From a virus (Duplodnaviria; Caudoviricetes), in IMG/VR virus record IMGVR_UViG_2775506840_000002, positions 1 to 64,000 of that record: DNA of 64,000 nt. One strand, 5' to 3'. Below, in pieces: positions 29,425-39,100 of the stretch. The position numbers and the translations under genes are program-made. Below the pieces are notes generated by a model that made no database searches, was not told the origin of the DNA, and worked only from the letters and a program-made list of their open reading frames with translations. Positions within the stretch are counted from its first letter, which is position 1; the number at the start of each line of letters is the position of its first letter.

Positions 29425-30312
29425 ATGAGTCTTACATTAACGGGTTATTCTAAAAGTCATAGATTATGTGAAAGTTATTTTTTTGTTAATGGACATAAAT
29501 TAGAACATTTTAGAATAGTAAACAAAGGTTATATCAGTTATTCAGATTTGAATGATTGTGTATTTAACTATAGATTGCGACAATATTCTTTTGAGGAACT
29601 AATAGCCAATGATGCTTTTGAACTAGAAATAGCTGATTGTTATACTAGTATTATGTCCAGTGAAATGTTTTGTATGGAATTAAAAGATAGATTTATTTTT
29701 AGGTTATTAGAAACCTTAGAAAATAGTATTAACAAAGCAAGGCTTGAAACAATTAATGCTTCAAGTAAATTTAGCATGGATTTTCTAAATAGTGATATAT
29801 CGTGTCATATGTATGGGTGGTACTATCGTCAACGCTGTTATCAAGCCATTAATGCTATAAATACATATAACTCTATATTTGACATCCTAATGCAATTAAT
29901 TTGGATATATGAGTATTCGTCCCCTCATTCAAGTTCCTTTACATCTATTTTAAAAGAATATAATCGAAATAAATTTATTGCGAAGTATGAACATAAAACT
30001 GACGTTTATAACTTATTCTTCACTAAAAGATATAAGAGAAGTAAAAAATTCCATGATACGAACTCTGAATATGCAACTATAAGAAACTGGTGTAATACTA
30101 TTAAACATAGTGGCAATTTAGAATTTGAGGGAAATAGATTTATGGATAAACCAACATCTAAAGTTATTCTAAATAATGGTGATATACATTCTAGTACAGA
30201 TGCAGAGTATACTTATTTAGATTTAGATCTAGAAGTTATCCCAGAACTTCTAAGCTATCATAAAGCAATTTATGATTTATCTGAAAAAGTTATAGCATAT
30301 ATTTCTAAATAG
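29425..30312 (+). CDS. HEPN-like (Cthe_2314-type) cargo protein
   Basis: AINTYNSIFDILMQLIW and IRNWCNTIKHSG motifs; own promoter and terminator. Confidence 0.6.
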   Translation: MSLTLTGYSKSHRLCESYFFVNGHKLEHFRIVNKGYISYSDLNDCVFNYRLRQYSFEELIANDAFELEIADCYTSIMSSEMFCMELKDRFIFRLLETLENSINKARLETINASSKFSMDFLNSDISCHMYGWYYRQRCYQAINAINTYNSIFDILMQLIWIYEYSSPHSSSFTSILKEYNRNKFIAKYEHKTDVYNLFFTKRYKRSKKFHDTNSEYATIRNWCNTIKHSGNLEFEGNRFMDKPTSKVILNNGDIHSSTDAEYTYLDLDLEVIPELLSYHKAIYDLSEKVIAYISK

Positions 30313-30416
30313 CTTCATTCACATAGTGAGTACTTTATATCTCCAGTATTGAATGCTCACTATGATTCCCTCATTTCCAAAGAACTCACTAGTACCTTCC
30401 TTATAAATCTTAAATT

Positions 30417-30815
30417 TTAGACTTTCAGCAACTCTTTGTGTTCATGAATATTTCCAACCACCTTACCCTTAACACTCCAATAATCTAAATCAGTTCTAAA
30501 ATATGTGCTTTCTATCCATTTAATAGTGAATGTTGCATTTTCAAATAAAACATAACATATTGATTCTTCTCCATGCCTACTTGTAAACAATAGTATGTCA
30601 CCTTCATAGATTTCTTTACCATTCTTATCTTTTAAGCCTGTATACTGCATAAGTTCAACATCATCACTAATAATCAACGTAAGTAACTCAAATGTTTCAT
30701 TCTCAGCATCACTAAACGCAGTCTTTTTAACCTATTCGCCAAATTTCACTATCCCTTCATGTGGCAATATTTTTTTCTGATTCTTTTCCCACGCTCTAAA
30801 CTTAATCTCTCTCAT
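30417..30815 (-). pseudogene. YopX-family gene with one in-frame TAG at 30732-30734
   Basis: MREIKFRAW N-terminus in frame with LMQYTGLKDKNGKEIYEGDI..GNIHE. Confidence 0.8.
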
Positions 30816-30871
30816 CTTCATCCTCCTACCTTTTTGTTGGCCTTAACAATATGGTAAGGACACGAACGTCC

Positions 30872-31054
30872 CTACCAATCCCTTGTAGATCTCATTTCAA
30901 ACTCTTCATACATTTCACATTCACACTTTTCACAATAGCAATCATAGTAATATTCTTCTTCTACTGTTAGCCTTTTACCGCATCTGTCACACCTGCAAAC
31001 CTCTCTGCCTATAACCTTGTCAATCAATTTCAATATCTTGTATTTCATCTTCAT
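30872..31054 (-). CDS. Small Zn-finger protein
   Basis: CDRC...CEKC. Confidence 0.55.
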   Translation of the reverse strand: MKMKYKILKLIDKVIGREVCRCDRCGKRLTVEEEYYYDCYCEKCECEMYEEFEMRSTRDW

Positions 31055-31265
31055 ACAAATCATCCCACCCTTGCATTTGTGCATATGCTCTAATAAGTGA
31101 TTCAAGGTAGAATGTAACCTCTTTTCCACTCATATTGCACATGGACATACTTACATGTATCTCCTCTTCATCTTGTTCTGTAGAAACTACCATACCTTTA
31201 TCAAGTACCTTTTCTGTGCCATCTTTGTACTTAATAATTACTTGCTCTATATCACTTGATCCCAT
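31020..31265 (-). CDS. Hypothetical phage protein
   Basis: RBS aaagga; acidic 81-aa ORF. Confidence 0.6.
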   Translation of the reverse strand: MGSSDIEQVIIKYKDGTEKVLDKGMVVSTEQDEEEIHVSMSMCNMSGKEVTFYLESLIRAYAQMQGWDDLYEDEIQDIEID

Positions 31266-31384
31266 TTAGTTCTCATCCTTTCAAAAATTATTTTTATCAT
31301 ACTATTTGAATTATTTATTATATTACCATATACTTTATCTATCAGCTTTTTAGAGTTGAATTTTAAAAGAAAGGTGGGATAACT

Positions 31385-31693
31385 ATGTCTTCTGATTTAG
31401 AAACTTTAGCAAATCAAAATCCTAATGATCCTAAATTATTTAATTTGCTAAGTGAAAATGAAAAAGAAATATTACTTAAATGGATTGATGATAATTTCTC
31501 TCCTATCCAGTCATTTTTAACTTCAAAAACTTCATACGGTTTAAAGCAAACTTTTGATAGAACTCATTTTTATGTTTGTAATGGAGTATTTAAAGGCGCA
31601 ATGCTTGAAGCTGGATATAAAGTAAAAAATACCGATGATATCAATTGGATATTTAACATTTCTAAAAAATCTCCATACTTTTCGCTTAAATAA
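31385..31693 (+). CDS. Conserved hypothetical cargo protein (TSYGLK..YV.NG.FKGAML family)
   Basis: RBS, own promoter and downstream hairpin. Confidence 0.65.
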   Translation: MSSDLETLANQNPNDPKLFNLLSENEKEILLKWIDDNFSPIQSFLTSKTSYGLKQTFDRTHFYVCNGVFKGAMLEAGYKVKNTDDINWIFNISKKSPYFSLK

Positions 31694-31832
31694 TTAAATC
31701 CCATTTAATTTAGGCATCATGCTTTATACCCTTTTATCAAGTTAAATGAAACGTATTTTGTAATCATTTAGAACATGATGCCATTTCTTTATTAAGCTGT
31801 AGACTAGTAATAAGTTAAATAAAAATTTACTT

Positions 31833-32000
31833 CTAACTATTGTAATATACAACTCTTTTTCTAGAATCTTCTTTTACCTTTTTGCGATATCTTCTTGCAC
31901 TACCCTTAACACCTTTTAATTGCCACTCTGTCAACTCTTTGCCATTGAGTGCCTTATCTACTAGCACTAAAAAGTTTTCTGTTACTGGATACTTTTTCAT
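31833..32000 (-). CDS. Small basic hypothetical protein (55 aa, not in ORF track)
   Basis: RBS gaggt then MKKYPVTENF... Confidence 0.5.
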   Translation of the reverse strand: MKKYPVTENFLVLVDKALNGKELTEWQLKGVKGSARRYRKKVKEDSRKRVVYYNS

Positions 32001-32011
32001 AATCTGTTACC

Positions 32012-32383
32012 TCACCTCAAGTTATTCATTTTTTCCTCTCTCCACTCCGTATACTCTGTTTTCTCTTTCAAATTAAGATTGGCCTTCTCTTCCATTCTCT
32101 TTGTGGTTTCTTCCAGTTCTTGAAGTGTTATAACTCTACTGTTTATACATTCTAAATGTTCTTCCATTCTGTCCTGGTACCTCTGCAATCTTTTGGATCC
32201 AAAACCAAACTCATCATGCAAAGTAATCATTGAAGCTGCTACTATGGTACGTATTGCTATATTTCCAAAAGCTTCTCTATCACGTTGTACCTTTTCTTGT
32301 GCTATTTTATCAGCAACTTCTACTGTCATTTTAGCCATGCTTCTGGCATTACCTTTTTGTTGATATGGTTTAAACCTTTTCAT
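32012..32383 (-). CDS. Hypothetical phage protein
   Basis: LHDEFGFGSKRLQR motif common in Firmicute phage early genes. Confidence 0.7.
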   Translation of the reverse strand: MKRFKPYQQKGNARSMAKMTVEVADKIAQEKVQRDREAFGNIAIRTIVAASMITLHDEFGFGSKRLQRYQDRMEEHLECINSRVITLQELEETTKRMEEKANLNLKEKTEYTEWREEKMNNLR

Positions 32384-32732
32384 GTGTATTCCCCTTTCTG
32401 TATTCCTTTCTTAATAACTCATTCATTCTTCAGTTACTTTCTAAAAACAATCTCTTATAGCACTGAAATTCCAGCGTTATTTGGTTAGATCTCTCCTTTA
32501 ACATCAAAAATTACATTTTTTCTTATATTTTTTTTGAACAATATATTATAGGGTACTCACCCTACTAGGCCTATTTAGGTCTATTTTTTTTGCCTTTTTC
32601 TAAAAAGGAAAATATTTTCCTACTCTTTTTCTATCTTCTTTGTGCCACCGCACAGAGGAGATTTTTTTTTGGAATCGCACGTGTAAATGCACCTTTTCCT
32701 CAAGTAATGACATTCACAAAGGAGGTCGTACA

Positions 32733-32996
32733 ATGAATAAACAACGACAAGAAAAAATCAAATATCCAAACAAAGAAATAAAGCAAATAGCGGAAAAACT
32801 AGGATTTGTGTTAACCAAATATCGTACGTTCAACAATCAACTAATCTTTACCGATGGTAAGAACTTCATCTCACACGATGTTGACCAACATAATGGTGGG
32901 TTTTGGAAAATGGCTAAATCTATTAAAAAGCTAAATTTAAAGAATAGTAGATGTGGAACATTCTCTTGTGATTTGAAAACACGTATAGGTGGTTAG
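32733..32996 (+). CDS. Stand-alone Ntox21-type (CdiA-CT-like) RNase toxin domain
   Basis: AEKLGF..FTDGKNFISHDVDQHNGGFWKMA..R.GT...L..RIG; strong RBS aggagg. Confidence 0.75.
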   Translation: MNKQRQEKIKYPNKEIKQIAEKLGFVLTKYRTFNNQLIFTDGKNFISHDVDQHNGGFWKMAKSIKKLNLKNSRCGTFSCDLKTRIGG

Positions 32997-33039
32997 ATTA
33001 TTTATAGGGGAGCAAATCCCCTTTATAGCAACTAATCTA

Positions 33040-33417
33040 CTACTCTAAAACGTACTTGAATCTTAGCCCTTTACTTTTTATGTATCCATCACGGTTTCTT
33101 ATTGCATTTCTTATTGTTTTACTGCTTATAAAGTTATCTTCTGCTGCAGTTTCTGCATCATCGTACTTATCAATAACCTCTCCTGTTTCGTAATCAATTT
33201 GAGCAACCCTATAATTACATAATGGTCTATTAGGACCATCTGCATATGCAAATCTAAGATGTTTATTATTTAGCTTACCGCTATTCTTTACAATGGCGTT
33301 TGTAACATCTACTCTAAATAATCCAAACTTCTCAAGAGCCTCTTTCATACTTCCATATGTTTCAACAACTTCTCCAGTTTCAAAATCTAGTTGATTAAGC
33401 CTTCTTACCATTGGCAT
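33040..33417 (-). CDS. NUMOD1-like tandem-domain DNA-binding protein
   Basis: Two Q.D.ETGEV...Y.S...A repeats. Confidence 0.65.
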   Translation of the reverse strand: MPMVRRLNQLDFETGEVVETYGSMKEALEKFGLFRVDVTNAIVKNSGKLNNKHLRFAYADGPNRPLCNYRVAQIDYETGEVIDKYDDAETAAEDNFISSKTIRNAIRNRDGYIKSKGLRFKYVLE

Positions 33418-33470
33418 TTATAAAACCTCCTTAGTAGCTTTAAAGAAGGTTTTTCAACCTCCTCTTTTGC

Positions 33471-34004
33471 CTACGCTTCTAGTTCATCTTTATTATTTTG
33501 AATTACTTCATCCATGTTCACTTGTGCTCTACTTTCTGGTTTCTCTTTATCTTCACTTTGATTAACCACTTCTAATTCTTCTATGCTAATTTGAGCTTGT
33601 TGAAGAGGTTTAGCAATAAGCTTACCACCTTCTTCCACCAATTCATGTGTTGTATATGTAACATCACCATCTGTTGTATCTTTTTGTACAAGCTTAGCTG
33701 TAACTCTATGCTTAATACGTGGTGCTTTATAAACAGCTATCTTTGCATTACTTCCATTTCCACTTTCAATAGTCTTGGTAGCTTCTTTTTCCTCACATGA
33801 TATTTTGATTGTAATTGCAATAGTTGCTTCCTCAAATTCTTCATCATAAACATTTGCTGTAGAGTTTTTAACTGCTCTATCAATATCTTTTGCAATCCCT
33901 GCAAACATAGGTGAGTAAAAGCTTAATTCAAGTTCCTGCTTAGCAAGTTTAGCTGCTTCAATTTCTTTTTGTTCATACTCTGTAAGTTGTCTTTCGTTTT
34001 TCAT
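33471..34004 (-). CDS. Hypothetical phage protein
   Basis: 177-aa ORF with RBS in early operon. Confidence 0.7.
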   Translation of the reverse strand: MKNERQLTEYEQKEIEAAKLAKQELELSFYSPMFAGIAKDIDRAVKNSTANVYDEEFEEATIAITIKISCEEKEATKTIESGNGSNAKIAVYKAPRIKHRVTAKLVQKDTTDGDVTYTTHELVEEGGKLIAKPLQQAQISIEELEVVNQSEDKEKPESRAQVNMDEVIQNNKDELEA

Positions 34005-34029
34005 TTTTAACCCTCCAGGTATATTAGTA

Positions 34030-34527
34030 TTAAATTGCTAATTTAAATAATTCGCTTAGATCATAGGTACTACGTACTTTTTTAATTCTTGATGGTATGA
34101 TAACTGCCTTCCCACTTTTTACAATATCTAATTCACTTATGCTTTTCTTACCAAACATTCCGTAATTAGTAATCTCATCAAAGGCTTGAATTGACAAGAA
34201 ATATGTATTATTAGATTTTCTAAAGTTAATGATAAATCCTGCTACACAATGAAGTGCTGCCTTCCTTAAGTTCTTAAGTTGATGAGGTTTTATTGTTGGT
34301 GTTTTACCTTCAAAGCTTAGTGCTGTTGTACCTATGCTTTTAAGTTCTAAAGCATACATCATAGGTTTTTTATACAATACATAATCATAAGGTGATTTAG
34401 GAGCAAACCTCTGTGTACTTGCTGCTACATCAAAACCTATCGCACTATCTGTTAGCCTTAAGCAATATACGTCTTTTGGTATTGAATCCTTAAAGTCTGC
34501 TTCAAACTGTTTACCTACATTAGCCAA
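34030..34527 (-). CDS. recU: RecU-like Holliday junction resolvase
   Basis: GKQFE, PYDY, ELKS and HQLKNL motifs. Confidence 0.8.
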   Translation of the reverse strand: MANVGKQFEADFKDSIPKDVYCLRLTDSAIGFDVAASTQRFAPKSPYDYVLYKKPMMYALELKSIGTTALSFEGKTPTIKPHQLKNLRKAALHCVAGFIINFRKSNNTYFLSIQAFDEITNYGMFGKKSISELDIVKSGKAVIIPSRIKKVRSTYDLSELFKLAI

Positions 34528-35023
34528 TATTAAGCACCCTCTTCCACCATGACTTGTTGATGCATTGATGATATAAATTTTTGTAGTGGTCCATTTGCTT
34601 TTTCCAGTATATTGCTACGTCCTCTGCCTGATTTTTATCCATAAGTAAATCATTAGCACGATCTCTTTCAACTTCATACATATGATAAATTCTTTCAGTT
34701 TCTTTTATCTGTGCTCCATATGACGCATTAGCTGTTGTTGCATCTTTTTTATGGAATTCAACTAACTCTTCTAGATCTCTAATCTTATCAGCTGAATTCA
34801 TACACATAGCCTTTATACTTTGGTCCTTTTGTGTAATTAATTCTTCTTTTGCCATTATAATATCTGATAGATTAGCCACTGTTTTATTGAGCTCTATATT
34901 TTCTTTTTCGAGATTATCAATTTGTATAAACAATTGGTGTAATGTTACTTGTTGATTTTTAACACGTTCTTTGGTGGTTAAAGCTTTACAATTTGAAGTT
35001 TTCTTCTTCATTCTCTTGTTCAT
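34520..35023 (-). CDS. Coiled-coil hypothetical protein
   Basis: MNKRMKKK start; heptad pattern. Confidence 0.6.
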   Translation of the reverse strand: MNKRMKKKTSNCKALTTKERVKNQQVTLHQLFIQIDNLEKENIELNKTVANLSDIIMAKEELITQKDQSIKAMCMNSADKIRDLEELVEFHKKDATTANASYGAQIKETERIYHMYEVERDRANDLLMDKNQAEDVAIYWKKQMDHYKNLYHQCINKSWWKRVLNIG

Positions 35024-35186
35024 CTATTTTCATCCTTTCGTATCCATATATTTCTCTGTACGCTTTTTCTTCAAGGATTAACTTAATGGTCAGTTGACTC
35101 ATGGTTATATCCTGTTCCCTCGCAAGTTTCCTTAATATCTCGTATGCCTCTTCATTAACACGTATACTCCAGCACTCTACTTGCAT
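34986..35186 (-). CDS. Ribbon-helix-helix DNA-binding protein
   Basis: SIRVNEEAYEILRKLAREQDITMSQL. Confidence 0.6.
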   Translation of the reverse strand: MQVECWSIRVNEEAYEILRKLAREQDITMSQLTIKLILEEKAYREIYGYERMKIDEQENEEENFKL

Positions 35187-35190
35187 AGAA

Positions 35191-36051
35191 TCACCCCATT
35201 AATTCTTTGAGCATTTCCTCATTTTTGCTTTTAGCCTTAGTTCTTCTTACACTTTCCTCTGGCATCACTACTTGCATCACCATATCTTCTAATCTATTTA
35301 TAAGTCTATAATCGAATCCTAGCTTATTCATTGGTATGTTAGATGTTATAAGAGTCACTCTCTTATTCGTAAGCCTTCTATTGATAATTCTGTAGAAAAT
35401 ATTGTTTATCCAATCCTTATTTCCCTCAACACCAATATCATCAAGTATCAATACAGGTATGGTTACAAACTCTTCAACAAGTGCTTCTTCACTGCTACCG
35501 CTTTTGTCATTCCATGAATCTCTTATCTTACCCAGTAGATCAACAGTAGTAATAAATCTAACATGCTGCTTTTTGTACTTAACAAGTGAATTTCCAATAC
35601 TTACTGCAAGTCTTGTCTTTCCACTTCCAGCTTCTTTTGAGTAAAAGTAAAGTCCTCTACCAAGTTCCTGCATTTTTTCAAATTTATCTACATACTTCTT
35701 GGCTACACTTACGGCTCTACTCGCCTTTACTTTAGACTCTTCTAGCTTATAAATATCAATATCGAAGTCCTCTATTGCTAAGTTTTGAAACTCTTTTGGT
35801 ATCTGTGCAAAATCAAGCTTGTTATAGATAACTTGCTCTTCATAGCACTTACACTTTTTAGCAAATAACCCCTCCGGTTTATTAACTAAGTAATGTCCTG
35901 AACCATCACATATACCATAAGGGCATCCACATGTTCTTTCTGGCTCAGTCTGTGCTTCTTCATTGAATTCCGTGCTGCTCAGCATATTTTGCGAATTCAT
36001 CTTCAACTGGTTCGCTATCCTCTGTATTTGGTCCTGTGTTATTTGCCCCAT
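35191..36051 (-). CDS. DnaC/IstB-like helicase loader ATPase
   Basis: GSGKT Walker A, LILDDIG Walker B, ITSN. Confidence 0.9.
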   Translation of the reverse strand: MGQITQDQIQRIANQLKMNSQNMLSSTEFNEEAQTEPERTCGCPYGICDGSGHYLVNKPEGLFAKKCKCYEEQVIYNKLDFAQIPKEFQNLAIEDFDIDIYKLEESKVKASRAVSVAKKYVDKFEKMQELGRGLYFYSKEAGSGKTRLAVSIGNSLVKYKKQHVRFITTVDLLGKIRDSWNDKSGSSEEALVEEFVTIPVLILDDIGVEGNKDWINNIFYRIINRRLTNKRVTLITSNIPMNKLGFDYRLINRLEDMVMQVVMPEESVRRTKAKSKNEEMLKELMG

Positions 36052-36856
36052 TTCCTTTCACCTTCTTTTGTTCTTTCTTAAGCTCTTGGTCAGCTATGTA
36101 TTGATTGAGAGTAAGTATTTTCTCTTTAGTACATCTTTCAAGTATGCTTTTTGTGTACTTGAGGTTTCTTACTCCATTCTCAATGGTTTCTGTTAAAGAT
36201 TTTTCTATTAGCTCAATCTCCATACCATCTTCTATATAGCTTGTTAACATTTCAATTTCATATTGACTAGGCATACGTCCAAAAGTACTCTCTAGCATAG
36301 TCGCAATTCTTTTAATGTTAGTAGCAGCTGTATTCTCCTCACTACTACTTTCCTTTTCTTTCTTTTTACTTTCTATTTTCTTTACTTTACTTTGGGGATT
36401 ACTGCTAGCATTAACTTCGGTTTTTGTAACAATAACTAGAGTTTTTGTTGCAGAAACTTCATTTTTGGTTAAAAGTAGGTATTCTTCATAAATTTCCATT
36501 GCGCTTCTACGTCCTATTGCGAATATAAATCTCTGTTGAATTCCATGAGAAGTTAAGATTTTGTACTTGTCATACATTTGCTGATTAAATAACCCCCACT
36601 CTAAACATGAGGTTATTACTGCATTAACTATAGTTTCTGCTGCATTAACTCGTTTACTAAAGATTAATTGCTCCTTTTTAGTCCACTCTAAGTAGTAACC
36701 ACTTTTGTAGATTGACTGAAGTAACTTTATAAAAATTGCAAATCCTACAAGTCCGTGTTCACTTTCTACAAGTTCTAGTTCATCATCTTTTCCAGCAGCA
36801 ACATCCAGTGGAAAGTATTCTAACCCATCCTTTTTAGGCCTTGCCAATTCATTCAC
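35960..36856 (-). CDS. Replication initiator (DUF4373 N-terminus, DnaD-like C-terminus) with internal iteron-like segment at about 36300-36460
   Basis: ARPKKDGLEYFPLDV, ILTSHGIQQRF and YTKSILERC motifs; 21-bp repeats in the linker. Confidence 0.88.
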   Translation of the reverse strand: MNELARPKKDGLEYFPLDVAAGKDDELELVESEHGLVGFAIFIKLLQSIYKSGYYLEWTKKEQLIFSKRVNAAETIVNAVITSCLEWGLFNQQMYDKYKILTSHGIQQRFIFAIGRRSAMEIYEEYLLLTKNEVSATKTLVIVTKTEVNASSNPQSKVKKIESKKKEKESSSEENTAATNIKRIATMLESTFGRMPSQYEIEMLTSYIEDGMEIELIEKSLTETIENGVRNLKYTKSILERCTKEKILTLNQYIADQELKKEQKKVKGNGANNTGPNTEDSEPVEDEFAKYAEQHGIQ

Positions 36857-36862
36857 CCCTTT

Positions 36863-37549
36863 CTAAAAGGGGCATAGGCTTAAATCAATTTCTAGCCCCT
36901 TTTCAGCTATGTAAGTTGATTTATTAGTCAACTCATGTATTTCTCTTTTAAATTCCTCTGCATGACTATTTGAATCACTCAGATGCAATAAAACAATATT
37001 CCTAGTCTTACTTAAGTCATTTGCCTGGAGAAAGTCTTTACAAGTCTCCAGGCTCATATGATCTCGAACTATACGGTCTGCCAGTACTGGATTGAGTCCA
37101 TTATCTACATGTTCATCAAGTATCTCTTTTGAATAGTTACACTCTATAAGCCAATGATTAGTTTCCTTAAACGTGTATTCTATATAACCTGTATCTGTTC
37201 CAAAAATTAACTGACCTAAGCCTTTATGATTAATTTTAAATCCATAACAGGGTACATCATGGTGATTCTTGAATGGTATGTAATTAAATCCACCAAACCT
37301 TAGAACCTCTTCATTCCTGTTAACTGTATAAGGCGAATAAACCTTAATTCCTCTCATAATGTACTGCCCTACATATCCTGCATGGTCCTTATGTTCGTGA
37401 CTTACTAAGCATCCGACTATCTTCCTATAGTCCACATACCTTATGAGTTCTTTAAACGGTACCCCAGCTTCAATCACTAGGGCCTCCGTTTCAGATTCTA
37501 AGATATAACTATTACCAGCCGAACCACTTGCTAATACTTTAAGCCTCAT
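36863..37549 (-). CDS. MBL-fold metallo-hydrolase (phage exonuclease type)
   Basis: ASGSAGN, SHEHKDH and LLHLSD motifs. Confidence 0.88.
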   Translation of the reverse strand: MRLKVLASGSAGNSYILESETEALVIEAGVPFKELIRYVDYRKIVGCLVSHEHKDHAGYVGQYIMRGIKVYSPYTVNRNEEVLRFGGFNYIPFKNHHDVPCYGFKINHKGLGQLIFGTDTGYIEYTFKETNHWLIECNYSKEILDEHVDNGLNPVLADRIVRDHMSLETCKDFLQANDLSKTRNIVLLHLSDSNSHAEEFKREIHELTNKSTYIAEKGLEIDLSLCPF

Positions 37550-37820
37550 CCTCATTCCTCCTAAATTCATCATCTTCTATGAACTTAATATCTTCTCTAT
37601 ATACATGAATGAATGTAGGATCATCTTCTGTAAACCCAGCTTCTTTGATAAAACCTATTACTTTAACTATTTTCGAATTGGCATATCCTTCGCAAAAATG
37701 TAACTCTGCAAGATGTATATTAGGGAACTGCCTTACTTCATCAATACTATATAGTTCTGTCACTTCTCCTGCTCTAGCAAGTGAAAATGTTTCATTAATA
37801 ACCTTTACTCTTCTAGGCAT
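37539..37820 (-). CDS. Hypothetical protein
   Basis: ORF in operon with RBS. Confidence 0.55.
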   Translation of the reverse strand: MPRRVKVINETFSLARAGEVTELYSIDEVRQFPNIHLAELHFCEGYANSKIVKVIGFIKEAGFTEDDPTFIHVYREDIKFIEDDEFRRNEDEA

Positions 37821-37833
37821 TTAGAACACCACC

Positions 37834-38694
37834 TTAAATAGGACATACTATTTCTTCTTGAGTTGGTGCAGTTACTTGCGCTGGTACTTCTTGCTTATCT
37901 TCAACAAATGGTACATCTACAAATTCCTTACTTGCAGTCATTTCCTTTTGTTCTGCTTGTGGTGTAGGTGTAGATTCTTCATCTGCACCTTGATATGTAT
38001 CAATTAGATCTCCATCATCACTGGAGTTAATAAGTGTTTTACAAACCCTTGTGATAATAGTTTTTTTACACATTTCATCCGTAAAGTTTGTGTGTGCTCC
38101 TGACTTTCCTTTTGCATAGCCTTGATTCCATGATTTCTGGATTTGGTCGTAACTCATATATACAAGGTCACCTCTTGTACCATCTTTAAAGATTGGAATA
38201 GCAAATGCACCTGTAATTTTTGACAAATTAACATTAAGTGGATTTGGTTTGTAGGTCTTAAGCTGCATGGTGAGATCATCAATATTGAATTCCATTTCAA
38301 ATTCATCACCTTCATAGATAACAAAAGCCTTTACCTCTTCAAGACCTGAAACTCTTTTAGCAATAGCCAGCTTGCCGAAGTATGAAGTCATAAGCTGAAG
38401 CTTTCCTCCGAATGCTACAAAGTAGCATTGTTTTTTGCTTGGCTCTAGTCCCATCTTAACCATGTCTAAAAGAGAGTTGGCAATACTTTCTTTGGTACAA
38501 CTTTCAAGCACTGGTTTCTTCGCATTATCTACTGTTTCAGCTAAAATTAATGCAGCACTTTGAAGTGCATTTCCTGCTACATAGTTTTGTGGTAATACTA
38601 ATGACTTGTTCTCTTGAAGCTTGTTTACCTTTGCTAATACACTATCTGTAATTTCCTTTTGTGGTTTTACTGCTACTTGGTTATCTGACATCAT
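37834..38694 (-). CDS. recT: RecT-family recombinase
   Basis: SIANSLLDM..GLEP.KKQCYFV and HTNFTDEMCKKT motifs. Confidence 0.88.
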   Translation of the reverse strand: MMSDNQVAVKPQKEITDSVLAKVNKLQENKSLVLPQNYVAGNALQSAALILAETVDNAKKPVLESCTKESIANSLLDMVKMGLEPSKKQCYFVAFGGKLQLMTSYFGKLAIAKRVSGLEEVKAFVIYEGDEFEMEFNIDDLTMQLKTYKPNPLNVNLSKITGAFAIPIFKDGTRGDLVYMSYDQIQKSWNQGYAKGKSGAHTNFTDEMCKKTIITRVCKTLINSSDDGDLIDTYQGADEESTPTPQAEQKEMTASKEFVDVPFVEDKQEVPAQVTAPTQEEIVCPI

Positions 38695-38714
38695 TTGTTC
38701 CTCCTTGGTTTTAA

Positions 38715-38942
38715 TTAATTTAATGGCATTTGAAATACTTCATCATCTTTTGTTTTGTTTTGAATAAAGTTTGCTATAATAGCCATAACTTCTTTTGCTC
38801 TTTCCTTTGTTCCGTAATCCCCTAGATGCACATAATCTTTTCCATAATTATTTACTATTCTTCCGCTCTCCCAAGCCTTTACTGTCTTGCATAATGTTAA
38901 TGTTGTTCCATCTTGACTTCTAATCCAAATACCCTTCATCAT
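38715..38942 (-). CDS. Hypothetical phage protein
   Basis: IWIRSQD..LGDY.T.ERAKEVM..FQMP family pattern. Confidence 0.65.
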   Translation of the reverse strand: MMKGIWIRSQDGTTLTLCKTVKAWESGRIVNNYGKDYVHLGDYGTKERAKEVMAIIANFIQNKTKDDEVFQMPLN

Positions 38943-39100
38943 TTAGTTCCCTCGCTTTTCTTTTTGAATTTACATGTCCAACAATCATTACAAGTTGCAC
39001 ACTTTTTCTCTTTTCCATAATGGCTACACATAGCGCATGCTTTTGAACCATTGCATAAATGATTTTCTTTATCCCAGTTACCACATGTATCACGCTTCAT
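38939..39100 (-). CDS. Cys-rich 53-aa protein (not in ORF track)
   Basis: Start/stop overlaps on both sides; CAMC, CATC and CWTC motifs. Confidence 0.55.
   Translation of the reverse strand: MKRDTCGNWDKENHLCNGSKACAMCSHYGKEKKCATCNDCWTCKFKKKSEGTK

Noticed and set aside
30732-30734. In-frame TAG in yopX as stop-codon recoding
   Set aside because: Single case; many other genes end normally at TAG; treated as a nonsense mutation or base error
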